Notes: generated by a model from the letters alone, not told the origin. Shown: positions 19,355 to 28,549, counted from the stretch's first letter. The stretch: 64,000 nucleotides of DNA from an uncultured Gemmatimonadales bacterium (GCA_963851265.1 CAWKNZ010000001.1:64001-128000); one strand, 5' to 3'. Numbers and translations are program-made.

Positions 19355-19471
19355 ATGTCGCCACGCCGCAACAGCAGCCCCCGGCTGCCGCGCCTGCGCC
19401 ACATCGCCCGCGTCCCCTCGGCGGCAGGCCCCGCCGGTGGCGCGGTCTTCACGTTCACCTTGAGCATCTGA
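19355..19471 (+). CDS. 38-aa leader ORF, copy 2 (MSPRRNSSPRLPRLRHIARVPSAAGPAGGAVFTFTLSI)
   Basis: Translated by hand; ATG lies 78 nt after the start of GCCGATA, as in copy 1; stop is 3 nt before the next ATG. Confidence 0.55.
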   Translation: MSPRRNSSPRLPRLRHIARVPSAAGPAGGAVFTFTLSI

Positions 19472-19474
19472 CTA

Positions 19475-20089
19475 ATGCGCCACCTCACATCATTCCGCCG
19501 CGCCGTGCACGTCGCGACGCCCGCGCTCGCCCTCGGCACGGCCGTCGTCACGGCCGCCCTCGCCGCCTGCTCCGACACCCCGACCGGGCCGGCCACTCCG
19601 AACGCGGCCGAAGCCGCGTTCCATCCGGGCCTGCACGCGAACGTGTCCTCGAGTCCGATGGCGGTCACGCCCGTCAAGCGGACGCAGCGTGTCGCGCAGG
19701 ACTCGGTCGTCACCTTCACCGTGCAGCCCGGCGGGACGACGTTCCGCGGCCCGGACGCCTCGATCAGCTTCCCGGCCGGGTTCGTGACCAAGCCGACGCA
19801 GTTCACGGCCACCCGCAAGGGTGGCAGCGCCCTCGCCTACGACTTCCAGCCCTCGGGCACCTTCACGAAGCCGGTGACGGTCACGTTCACGCTCGCAGGG
19901 GCGGCGATCCCGGCCGGCGCGAATCTCTCGGCGCTGCAGGGCGCCTACGTGCAGGATTGGAGTCAGGTCAGCGACTCCACGGCTGCGGTCAGCGAACTCG
20001 AGCCCACCACGGTCGACCCGAAGTCGGGCACGGTGACGATGACCCTCTCGCACTTCTCCGGCTACCTCGTCTCGTGGGGGCGGCGCTAA
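19475..20089 (+). CDS. ZU5-like lipoprotein ending in HFSGY (paralog 2)
   Basis: Lipobox LAAC; ISFPAGFV...DFQPSGTFTKPVTVTF...LSHFSGYLVSWGRR resembles the ZU5 pattern. Confidence 0.75.
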   Translation: MRHLTSFRRAVHVATPALALGTAVVTAALAACSDTPTGPATPNAAEAAFHPGLHANVSSSPMAVTPVKRTQRVAQDSVVTFTVQPGGTTFRGPDASISFPAGFVTKPTQFTATRKGGSALAYDFQPSGTFTKPVTVTFTLAGAAIPAGANLSALQGAYVQDWSQVSDSTAAVSELEPTTVDPKSGTVTMTLSHFSGYLVSWGRR

Positions 20090-20829
20090 TGCGTAGCACG
20101 TTCGCCCCCCTGCGTTACGCCGTGCGCGCGGCCACGCCCGCGCTCGCCCTCGGCGTCGCCACGCTCACCGCGGTGCTGGCCGCGTGCTCCGATAGCTCCA
20201 CCGGCCCGACGCAGCCCAGCGCGCCGTCGGCGAGTCGTGCGGTCGCTCCGCCGCCCCCCGCGGCGATGCTCGCCGCGCTCTCGCAGGGCGTCCAGGGCGC
20301 GACCACCGGCCCGTCGTTCTCCCGCGTGGCCGAGCAGTCGGCGGTGGCGCACGGCGATACCGCCATCATCACGCTGACCTTCGACCCCACGGTCGCGCAC
20401 ACCGTCGCGTTCAACACGCGCACCAGCCAGAACGGCGTCGCCCTCGCCGCCAACTCGGTGTGCAACCCGGCGACGTCGGGCTACGGGCCACTCCTGTGGG
20501 ACGCGCCGTGCCAGGTGGCGACGAAGCCCTTCACCCTCACCGTCCGGGGCTGGATGGGAACCGATGGCCAGCCGAAGGTCGCGTTCTCGCCGGACATCCG
20601 GTTCGCGCCGTCGGCCACCAACTGGCTCTGGCTGGCGGGACCCGGCGCCGGGTCCGCGAAGGGCGTGATCGCGTGGTGCCCGACGGCCGGCGGCCTGTGC
20701 GTCAACGAGTCCGCGCTCGACGGAAGCGTGATGACCGGCACCGACAAGGGGATCTACTACCGGCGGATCAAGCACTTCTCCGGCTACACCGTGGTGGTGA
20801 ACCGGACCGGGGCGGTCGACGGTCTCTGA
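20089..20829 (+). CDS. HFS-motif lipoprotein paralog 3
   Basis: TAATG overlap with the previous gene; lipobox LAAC; two Cys pairs shared with paralog 1; ends IKHFSGYTVVVNRTGAVDGL. Confidence 0.8.
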   Translation: MRSTFAPLRYAVRAATPALALGVATLTAVLAACSDSSTGPTQPSAPSASRAVAPPPPAAMLAALSQGVQGATTGPSFSRVAEQSAVAHGDTAIITLTFDPTVAHTVAFNTRTSQNGVALAANSVCNPATSGYGPLLWDAPCQVATKPFTLTVRGWMGTDGQPKVAFSPDIRFAPSATNWLWLAGPGAGSAKGVIAWCPTAGGLCVNESALDGSVMTGTDKGIYYRRIKHFSGYTVVVNRTGAVDGL

Positions 20830-20869
20830 CGGGGCGCTCGACCGCTGGGCCTCGATCGTCAGGCACCGA

Positions 20870-20932
20870 GCACGCGGAAACACACGGGGCCGCCGGGCGA
20901 CATGCCCGGCGGCCCCGTGTGTTTCCGCGTGC
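20870..20932. terminator. Perfect inverted repeat with 29-bp arms between convergent genes
   Basis: 20870-20898 pairs with 20904-20932; 5-nt loop. Confidence 0.8.
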
Positions 20933-20937
20933 GAGCC

Positions 20938-22650
20938 TCAGCGTGTGGCCACCGTGCCGTGCGCGGCCTGCCCGGAATCGCCCGCGATGCCCCAGTCGGC
21001 GATTCCGGCCCACCAGGCGTCGGCGCGCATCGCGACCGGTCGCAGGTCCCGTCGCACGGCGGCGATGCTGCGCGGCTCGTATAGCCACACCGCGGGCGCG
21101 TCGTCGATGATCGTGGCGTAGGCGCGCCGAACGAGTGCCGTGCGGCGCTCCGGCTGGAACTCGGCGGAGGCGCTGTCGAGGAGCGCGTCGAAGGTCGCGT
21201 TCGTCCAGCGCCCGGAGTTGGCGCCGCCGTCCGCGCCGCGCGGCGTGCCCCAGTCGTGGCGCAGCGTGGTCGGATTCGGGTCGGTTCGCCACGAATTGAG
21301 CGCGACGTCGAAGTCGCCCGCGTGCAGGCGCTCGATGAAGCTTCCCGGGTCGACCGCGTCGATGTTCACGCGCACGCCGATCTGGGCCAGCTGGGCCTGC
21401 AGCAGCACCGCGAGACGCATGCGCGGCACGCTACTCGTGGGAACGAGGAGTGCGAGGTCGAGCGGCCGGCCGGCGCGCGCGCGCCGGCCCGACGTCGGGT
21501 CGAGCCGCCAGCCCAGGGCGTCGAAGCCGCGCGCCGCGGCGGCCGGATCGTAGGCGATCTGGCGGAGCGTCGTATCCGCCGTGGGTTGCGCGCGCGTGAA
21601 CGGTCCGAGGGCGACGCGGGCGCTGGGGCCGAGCGCGTTGCGCACCACCGCCGCGCGGTCGATCGCCTGGGTGAGCGCGACGCGTGCGGCGCGGTCGGCG
21701 AACGGCGCACCGATGCCGGCCCCGCGCGCGCCGGTGCGCGCCCGCTCGTTGAAGACGAGGAAGGCGTAATCCAGGCTGCCGTATTCGACGGTGCGCAGCC
21801 GGGGCGAGCGCGCCGCGCGGTCGATGGCCTCGCCGCGGACGGCTTCGAGCACGTCCGCCTGCCCCGACAGGACGCTGGCGAGCGCCGCGTTGGGGTCGCC
21901 GGTGACCGTCCAGACGACGCGGTCGAATCGCGGACGGCCGCGGTAGTTGGTCGTATCGGCGTTGAGGGTCAGCTGACGGTGGTGGTCCCAGGCGGCGAAC
22001 CGGTAGCGTCCGGAGCCGATCGGATGCGCGGCGAACGCGGACGTCGCGACGGCCGAACGCGGTACGCTGCCGAGCAGGTGCTCGGGCATCACGGCCAGGT
22101 TGTAAGCGACCTGGAAGAACTGCTCGGGGGAGCGGCGGTGCCACCACACGACGGCGGTGAGCGAGTCGCGCACGGCGACCGAGTCCATGCCCGCGAAATC
22201 GGAGGCGTGGACCGAAGCGCCCGTCGTGTCGGTGAACAGGGCGAACGAGAAGCGTACGTCGCGCGCGCGTACCGGCCGGCCGTCGTGCCAGCGTGCGCGC
22301 GGGTCCAGCTCGAAGGCGATCGAGAGCGAATCGGGGGCCCACGTCCAGCGCCGTGCGAGCTGCGGGCGGTAGCCGCCGTCGCCGTTGGTGGGGACCGAGT
22401 CGTCGGCGGTCGCGAGATGGTCGAAGACGAGGTCGACCGCCTGCTTGCCCTGGGTCGTGGCGACGAGCGGCGGGATCAGCTGGTCGGCGTCGGCCGGCGT
22501 CGCGATCACGAGGGCCTGGGCTCCGCGTCCCGACGGGGGGGTGCCGCGTCCGCAGGCCGCGACGGTGAGGGCCGCGAGCGCGGCGAGCGGGAGCGCGTGC
22601 GGGCTGGGGGCGTGCGGGCGGGGGGCGTGCGGGCGCGGCGACGGCGGCAT
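20938..22650 (-). CDS. Peptide ABC transporter substrate-binding lipoprotein (family 5)
   Basis: VAAC lipobox; PQLARRW, ARWHDGRPVRARDVRFS and IGSGRYRF motifs. Confidence 0.88.
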   Translation of the reverse strand: MPPSPRPHAPRPHAPSPHALPLAALAALTVAACGRGTPPSGRGAQALVIATPADADQLIPPLVATTQGKQAVDLVFDHLATADDSVPTNGDGGYRPQLARRWTWAPDSLSIAFELDPRARWHDGRPVRARDVRFSFALFTDTTGASVHASDFAGMDSVAVRDSLTAVVWWHRRSPEQFFQVAYNLAVMPEHLLGSVPRSAVATSAFAAHPIGSGRYRFAAWDHHRQLTLNADTTNYRGRPRFDRVVWTVTGDPNAALASVLSGQADVLEAVRGEAIDRAARSPRLRTVEYGSLDYAFLVFNERARTGARGAGIGAPFADRAARVALTQAIDRAAVVRNALGPSARVALGPFTRAQPTADTTLRQIAYDPAAAARGFDALGWRLDPTSGRRARAGRPLDLALLVPTSSVPRMRLAVLLQAQLAQIGVRVNIDAVDPGSFIERLHAGDFDVALNSWRTDPNPTTLRHDWGTPRGADGGANSGRWTNATFDALLDSASAEFQPERRTALVRRAYATIIDDAPAVWLYEPRSIAAVRRDLRPVAMRADAWWAGIADWGIAGDSGQAAHGTVATR

Positions 22651-22757
22651 GCGGCCGGGGAGTGTGGGGCGGCAGGATGGCGGGCGGGCCGCTCCTGCGG
22701 AGGGGGCGGCGCGGATCGGATGCGATCTGCACCGGGCGTCACCCCCTCAGACGCCCA

Positions 22758-24131
22758 TCACACGCCCGCGGGCACGCCCTGCGGCACGCCGGCCGGCACG
22801 CGCGCGTCGTCGGCGGCCGCGTCGGCCGCGGTCGGGTAGGTGCGCTCGACGTACTCCTCCAGGATACCGAGGAACTCCTCGACGATCCGGTCCCCCTTGA
22901 GCGTCGTCATCAGCCGCCCGTCCACGTAGACCGGCGCCTTGGGCTCCTCGAACGTTCCCGGCAGCGAGATCCCGATGTTCGCGTGCTTGCTCTCGCCCGG
23001 CCCGTTCACCACGCACCCCATCACGGCCACCTTCATGTCGACCACGCCCGGGTGCGAGCGCTTCCACACCGGCATCTGCTCGCGCAGGTACGTCTGGATG
23101 TCCTCGGCCATGTGCTGGAAGAACGTGCTCGTCGTGCGCCCGCACCCCGGGCAGGCCGTGACCTGCGGCGCGAAGCTGCGCATGCCTAACGACTGCAGCA
23201 CCTGCTGCGCGACGTAGACCTCCTCGGTGCGGTCGCCGCCGGGCTTGGGCGTGAGCGAGACGCGGATCGTGTCGCCGATGCCGTCGGCCAGCAGGATCGA
23301 CAGGCCGGCCGTCGAGGCGACGACCCCCTTGCTCCCCATCCCCGCCTCGGTGAGGCCGAGGTGCAGCGGGTAGTCGCAGCGCCGGCCGAGCCGGCGGTAC
23401 ACCTCGACGAGGTCGGGCACCACCGAGACTTTGGCCGAGATGATGATCCGGTCGTGCCCGAGCCCGACCTCCTCGGCCAGCGCGGCGGAGCGGAGCGCGC
23501 TCTCGAGCATCGCCTCCATGTAAACCTCCTTCGCGCCTAACGGGGCGGCGCTCGCGGCGTTGGCGTTCATCATCGCCGTGAGGAGGTCCTGGTCGAGCGA
23601 GCCCCAGTTGACGCCTATGCGCACGGGCTTGCCGTGGTCGATCGCGACGCGCACGATCTGCGCGAAGTTCTCGTCGCGCCGCTTGTTGCCGACGTTGCCC
23701 GGGTTGATGCGGTACTTGTCGAGCGCGGCGGCCGCGGCCGGGTACTTCGTCAGCAGCAGGTGCCCGTTGTAGTGGAAGTCGCCGACGAGCGGCACGTCCA
23801 GCCCGAGGTCGTCGAGCCGCGCGCGGATCTCGGGGACGGCGGCGGCGGCCTCCTCGTTGTTCACCGTCACGCGCACGATCTGCGAGCCGGCCCCGAACAG
23901 CGCGGCCACCTGCGCGACCGTGCCCGCGGCGTCGGCGGTGTCGGTGTTGGTCATCGACTGTACGACCACCGGGTGCGCCGACCCGACGGCGACGTTGCGG
24001 ACCCAGCTCGTCACCGTCGCGCGGCGGCGGGCGAAGGGGGACGGCTCGGCGGCGGTCGGACCCGCGGCGGGCGGGACGGCACTGCTCGCCTGCGTGGCGA
24101 GGTCGGCGACGGGAAGCGGCGAGGACGGCAT
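22758..24131 (-). CDS. ispG: (E)-4-hydroxy-3-methylbut-2-enyl-diphosphate synthase
   Basis: [53 protein letters not shown]; probable ATG 24131 with TAGCTT 8 nt upstream. Confidence 0.97.
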   Translation of the reverse strand: MPSSPLPVADLATQASSAVPPAAGPTAAEPSPFARRRATVTSWVRNVAVGSAHPVVVQSMTNTDTADAAGTVAQVAALFGAGSQIVRVTVNNEEAAAAVPEIRARLDDLGLDVPLVGDFHYNGHLLLTKYPAAAAALDKYRINPGNVGNKRRDENFAQIVRVAIDHGKPVRIGVNWGSLDQDLLTAMMNANAASAAPLGAKEVYMEAMLESALRSAALAEEVGLGHDRIIISAKVSVVPDLVEVYRRLGRRCDYPLHLGLTEAGMGSKGVVASTAGLSILLADGIGDTIRVSLTPKPGGDRTEEVYVAQQVLQSLGMRSFAPQVTACPGCGRTTSTFFQHMAEDIQTYLREQMPVWKRSHPGVVDMKVAVMGCVVNGPGESKHANIGISLPGTFEEPKAPVYVDGRLMTTLKGDRIVEEFLGILEEYVERTYPTAADAAADDARVPAGVPQGVPAGV

Positions 24132-24340
24132 GGGCTGGGAAGCTAGCAATCGAGGTGGTCACCGATGCTACCCCGCAGGCGCCGCCGCGGCGCGCGGTAC
24201 CGGGCGGCGGGAGCCCGTCGGCACGCATCGCGCGTGGTCGGGGCACGACCCCGCAGCGGGGTTCTCGTCTCGGTGCCTCGAACCGAGCGGCGCCTCGAAC
24301 CGAGCGGACGGCTCGGATCCATCCTCACTCCCGACACCTC

Positions 24341-24901
24341 GTGCCCAACGTTTCCGTGTCCGCCCATCGCCTCGCGGCCCTCGCCGCGTCCGCCGTCGTC
24401 GGCCTCGTGCTGCACGCCGCGCCCGCCCGCGCCCAGATCCCGGGCGTGCCCGGCATCAACCCGTTCAGCTTCGGCGTCGAGGCCGGGCCGGCGTTCCCGG
24501 TCGGACAGTTCGGCGACGTCGCCAAGACCGGCTTCACGGCGGACGCCCTGGTCGAGGCGCGGCTTCCGATTCTTCCAGTCGGGCTCCGGTTCGAGGGGGG
24601 GTACATGCAGTTCGGCGGCAAGCTGGGGCTCGGCAACCTGCACGCGATCTCGGGTTCGGCCGACGTCGTGCTCCGGACGAGCCCCGTCGCGCTGACCCTC
24701 GTACGTCCGTACCTGCTCGGAGGCCTCACCGTGGCCAACGTCAACCAGGGCGGCGGGACCAAGGTCGGCGTCAACGTCGGTGCTGGCCTGTCGGTGCCGC
24801 TCGCCGTGGTCACGGCGTTCGGCGACGTGCGCTACACCCACGTGGCCACGGCCGGAACGGGGCTCAGCGTGGTGCCGGTGCGCGTGGGGCTGCGGTTCTG
24901 A
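24341..24901 (+). CDS. Small outer-membrane beta-barrel protein
   Basis: Signal peptide ending ARA-Q; alternating beta strands; RPYLLGG; C-terminal VGLRF. Confidence 0.75.
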   Translation: MPNVSVSAHRLAALAASAVVGLVLHAAPARAQIPGVPGINPFSFGVEAGPAFPVGQFGDVAKTGFTADALVEARLPILPVGLRFEGGYMQFGGKLGLGNLHAISGSADVVLRTSPVALTLVRPYLLGGLTVANVNQGGGTKVGVNVGAGLSVPLAVVTAFGDVRYTHVATAGTGLSVVPVRVGLRF

Positions 24902-25117
24902 GCGGGTTCTGATCGGGATTCGAACAAGGCGCGTGTAAAGCCGGCGTGCCCCCGCAAGGCGTGACTATTGTGTCAACTCCCCGGCGTTCGTATGTTGGCC
25001 CCGTTCCGGCGGACGCGCCGGACGGTCCACCGTGGGGGGCGCAGGTCCCGCGGACGTTTGTCGGGGTACGGGGTTCCGCTCCCTGGACAACACAACATCT
25101 CAGAGGAGTAGGATCGC

Positions 25118-25333
25118 ATGCGTACGACCGGCAAGGTGAAGTGGTTCAACGACGCCAAGGGCTTTGGGTTCATCACGCCCGACAACGGTACGAAGGACTG
25201 CTTCGTCCACTACAGCGCCATCCAGGGTCAGGGCTTCAAGACGCTGGCCGAGGGTGACCCGGTGGAGTTCGAGATCGTGCAGGGCCAGAAGGGGCCGGCG
25301 GCCGAGAACGTTTCGCGCGTCGGCGCCCGCTAA
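25118..25333 (+). CDS. cspA: Cold-shock protein
   Basis: [41 protein letters not shown]; paralog letter uncertain. Confidence 0.95.
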   Translation: MRTTGKVKWFNDAKGFGFITPDNGTKDCFVHYSAIQGQGFKTLAEGDPVEFEIVQGQKGPAAENVSRVGAR

Positions 25334-25385
25334 GCAGCTGTCGGGCGGCCCCCTGACGGCCGCTCGCGGCGGGTTCGGTACGAGG

Positions 25386-25420
25386 ACGGCGGGGGGCTGG
25401 ATCTTCCAGCCCCCCGCCGT
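25386..25420 (+). terminator. Hairpin after the cold-shock gene
   Basis: acggcggggggctgga-tct-tccagccccccgccgt, 16-bp stem. Confidence 0.65.
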
Positions 25421-25435
25421 GCGTTCGCCCACTTC

Positions 25436-26923
25436 ATGACCCTCGATCTGCAACACGCCGCGCCGCATGGTCGCCCGCTCGGCGACCTTCCGGTGGTCGT
25501 CGTCGGCGCGGGCGTCGCGGGGCTCACCTGCGCGCGCGCCCTGCACCGCGCGGGCCGCCGCGTACTCGTGCTCGAGCGCGAGCACGGGGCCGGCGGGCGC
25601 GCGCGCTCGCGTGCGGTCGACGGCTACACGATCGACCGCGGCTTCCAGGTGCTCTTCACCGCCTACCCGGTGTTAGGCGCGGCGCTCGGCTTCGTCTCGC
25701 CCGCGGGCGACGAGCGCGCGCCCGCGGCGCACCCGGACGACGCCGGGCTCGCGCTGCGCCGCTTCTCGCCCGCCGCGCGCGTCGTCACCGAGGGCAGCGC
25801 GTCGTACGTGGGCGACGCGCTGCGCGCGCCGCTCCGCGCGCCGCTCGACAGTCTGCGCATGCTCACGGGGACGGCGATCGCCCGCGCGCTCCCGCTCGCC
25901 GACAAGCTGCGCGTGCTCGCGCTCAAGCGGCTCGCGCTCTCGCTCTCGGTCGAGGAGTGCTTCGCCGAGCGCTACGACGCGACGACGGCGCGCGAGTTCC
26001 TCGCCGCGCGCGGCTTCACCCCGCACGCGATCGCGCGCTTCTTCGCGCCGTTCTACGGCGGCATCCTGCTCGACCCCGCGCTCGGCACGAGCGCGTCGGT
26101 GCTGCTCTTCACGTTCAAGATGCTCGCCGAGGGCGACGCGGTCCTGCCCGCGGCGGGTATCGGCGCGATCGCCCGGCGCCTCGCGGCGGAACTCCCGGCC
26201 GGCGCGCTGCGCACCGGCGTGACCGTGGCCTCGGTGCACGCCGAGGGCGGCCGCGCCTGCGGCGTGGTCACGGCCGACGGCGAACACCTCGACGCGGCTG
26301 CGGTGGTGCTCGCCGCCGAGTCGCCCGCCGCGGCCCGCCTCGCCGCGACCGCCGGCGTCACGCTCGACGTGCCACACGGCGCGCTCGGCTCCACCACGCT
26401 CTACTTCGCCGCGCGCGAGGCCCCGCTCCCCGGTCGCGCCATCTGGCTCAACGCCGCGGGGCACGAGCGCACGCACGAGCAGGGCAGCCAGGGCGTGGCC
26501 GCGCGCGGCAACGATCCGTGGCCCGCGGTGAGTCACGCGGTCACGCTCACCGAGGTCGCGCCCGAGTACGCCGCGGCCGACGCGGCGCACGGCCGCCACC
26601 TGCTCGCGGCCAGCGCGGTGGGTGCGGCCGCGGCGCTCGACGACGACGTGCTCGCCGCGCGCATGCTCGCCGAACTCGCGGGGATGCGCCACGCGGCCGG
26701 GCTGGGGCCTGTCCCGGCGCTCGCGCGCGTCGCGGTCGAGCGCGTGCCCTACGCGCAGTTTCCGCAGCCCCCCGGCACGCGCGCGCGGCGCACGCCCGCC
26801 GCCACCGTGCTGCCCGGACTGTGGCGCGCGAGCGAGACGGCGCACTCGAGCTCGTTCGAGGGCGCGGCGCGGGGCGGGACGATCGCCGCGGAGGCGGTGC
26901 TCGCCGCGGCCGCGATCGCCTAA
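25436..26923 (+). CDS. FAD-dependent oxidoreductase (amine oxidase/phytoene desaturase-like)
   Basis: VVGAGVAGL..A, LE...GGR, DRGFQVLFTAYP, SSFEGA. Confidence 0.85.
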   Translation: MTLDLQHAAPHGRPLGDLPVVVVGAGVAGLTCARALHRAGRRVLVLEREHGAGGRARSRAVDGYTIDRGFQVLFTAYPVLGAALGFVSPAGDERAPAAHPDDAGLALRRFSPAARVVTEGSASYVGDALRAPLRAPLDSLRMLTGTAIARALPLADKLRVLALKRLALSLSVEECFAERYDATTAREFLAARGFTPHAIARFFAPFYGGILLDPALGTSASVLLFTFKMLAEGDAVLPAAGIGAIARRLAAELPAGALRTGVTVASVHAEGGRACGVVTADGEHLDAAAVVLAAESPAAARLAATAGVTLDVPHGALGSTTLYFAAREAPLPGRAIWLNAAGHERTHEQGSQGVAARGNDPWPAVSHAVTLTEVAPEYAAADAAHGRHLLAASAVGAAAALDDDVLAARMLAELAGMRHAAGLGPVPALARVAVERVPYAQFPQPPGTRARRTPAATVLPGLWRASETAHSSSFEGAARGGTIAAEAVLAAAAIA

Positions 26924-26956
26924 CGCCTCAGCCGGCGCGCCCCGCCGGAGCGCTAC

Positions 26957-27568
26957 CTAAGCAGCGTCGCCCGGGGGGCGCGCGACGCACAGCCCGCTCG
27001 TCAGCAGCGTCCACACGACGTCGTACGCCGCGTCGACGTCCGGGTCGGCCCACGCGCGCGCGTGCGCCGGATGGTGGAACCGGGCGGTGGCGAACAGCAC
27101 GGCCCGCGCGGTCGCCACCGGGTCGACCGGTCGGATCGTGCCCTCCTCCACGCCGGCGCGGACGACCGCCGCCGCCAACCCCACCAACTCGTCGAGGTGG
27201 GACCCGGCCACGGACTCGGCTTCGGTGGCCAGCGTTCGGTACGCGGCGAACAGCTCGGGGTCCTCGGTCGCGCGGCGGCGCTTGGCGGCGACGAGCGCGT
27301 CGAACAGCTGCCGCAACCGCTCGGGCGCCGGCCCGCCGCCGCGCGCGATGTCCCGCAGCGGAGGCATGATCGCCTCCACCCACCGGCCGACGACGAGGTC
27401 CCGCAATTCGGCCTTGCTCGCCACGTGCCGGTAGACGGCCGCATGACTCACGCCCAGCGCGCGGGCCACGTCGACGACGGTCGCCTTGGCCGGACCGAAG
27501 CGGCGAATCACGTCCTCGGCCGTGGCCAGCACCCGCTCGCGGGTGAGTGGGGCGTCAGCTGGTGCCAC
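26957..27568 (-). CDS. TetR family transcriptional regulator
   Basis: N-terminal HTH: ATVVDVARALGVSHAAVYRH. Confidence 0.92.
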   Translation of the reverse strand: MAPADAPLTRERVLATAEDVIRRFGPAKATVVDVARALGVSHAAVYRHVASKAELRDLVVGRWVEAIMPPLRDIARGGGPAPERLRQLFDALVAAKRRRATEDPELFAAYRTLATEAESVAGSHLDELVGLAAAVVRAGVEEGTIRPVDPVATARAVLFATARFHHPAHARAWADPDVDAAYDVVWTLLTSGLCVARPPGDAA

Positions 27569-27649
27569 GAGGATCCGGGCGCACGCCGGGCTCCGCTGCC
27601 GCGTCCGCTGCCACGCCGACGGGGGTGGGGCCCGGCGCGTTGGCCGGCA

Positions 27650-28549
27650 TCAGTGCGCCGCGGCCGGGGTGCTGGCCGCGATCCCGTCCAACTCGGCCAC
27701 GGCGTCGGGCGGCAGCGTCAACTGCGCGGCCGCGAGGTTCTCGCGGAGGTGCGCGACCGACGAGGTGCCGGGGATGAGCAGGATGTTAGGCGAGCGCTGC
27801 AGCAGCCACGCCAGCGCGACCTGCAACGGGGTGGCCCCCAGCCGGGCCGCGACGTCCGACAGCGTGGACGACTGGAGCGGCGTGAAGCCGCCGAGGGGAA
27901 AGAAGGGCACGTAGGCGATGCCCTGCCGTTCGAGGTCGTCGACGAGGGCGTCGTCCTCGCGGTGGGCCAGGTTGTATTCGTTCTGCACGCACACGACGTT
28001 CGTGATCGCCTGCGCCTCGGCCACCTGGGCCGCCGTGACGTTGCTCAGCCCGACGTGCCGGATCAACCCCTGACGCTGCAGGTCGGCCAGGACCGCCACG
28101 CGCTCGGCGATCGACCCCTCGCCGGGCCCATGGCCGGCTCCCATCCCCATCGCGCGGAAGTTGACGACGTCGATCGCGTCGATGCCGAGGTTGCGCAGGT
28201 TGTCGTGCACGGCCGCGGTGAGCTCCGCGGGCGACTGGGCCGGTTGCCACGACTGGTCGGCCGGCCGGCGTGCCCCGACCTTGGTCACGATCACCAGGTC
28301 CGCCGGGTACGGGTGCAGCGCCTGGCGGATGATCTGGTTCGTGACGTGCGGGCCGTAGAAGTCGGAGGTGTCGATGTGGTCGACGCCTGCCGCGACGGCC
28401 TCGCGGAGGACGGCGACGGCGGCGTCCGGATCTCTGGGCGGCCCGTACACGCCGGGTCCGGCCAGCTGCATCGCCCCGTATCCGAGCCGGTGGACCGTGC
28501 GGGAGGTGCCGGGAAAGGTGAACGAACCGCCGAGCATGGACGCACTCAT
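27650..28549 (-). CDS. Aldo/keto reductase
   Basis: RLGYGAMQL, IDTSDFYG, TKVG, GLSN, VQNEYN, IPGTSS..HLRENL. Confidence 0.93.
   Translation of the reverse strand: MSASMLGGSFTFPGTSRTVHRLGYGAMQLAGPGVYGPPRDPDAAVAVLREAVAAGVDHIDTSDFYGPHVTNQIIRQALHPYPADLVIVTKVGARRPADQSWQPAQSPAELTAAVHDNLRNLGIDAIDVVNFRAMGMGAGHGPGEGSIAERVAVLADLQRQGLIRHVGLSNVTAAQVAEAQAITNVVCVQNEYNLAHREDDALVDDLERQGIAYVPFFPLGGFTPLQSSTLSDVAARLGATPLQVALAWLLQRSPNILLIPGTSSVAHLRENLAAAQLTLPPDAVAELDGIAASTPAAAH

Noticed and set aside
14171..19402. 1743-aa minus-strand ORF
   Set aside because: Antisense shadow of the 1606-aa gene; no motifs; long stop-free frames are expected at this GC content
13318..19471. Duplicated cassette as direct repeats of a mobile element or as a CRISPR array
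   Set aside because: No transposase, integrase or cas genes; only two copies, each explained by promoter plus uORF
19469..19477. UGA-CUA read-through or selenocysteine fusion of uORF 2 to the lipoprotein
   Set aside because: Copy 1 is out of frame at the same junction, no SECIS recognised, and fusion would bury the signal peptide
24902..25117. Long region upstream of the cold-shock gene as a novel RNA
   Set aside because: Long 5' UTRs are normal for csp genes; no distinct structure could be supported
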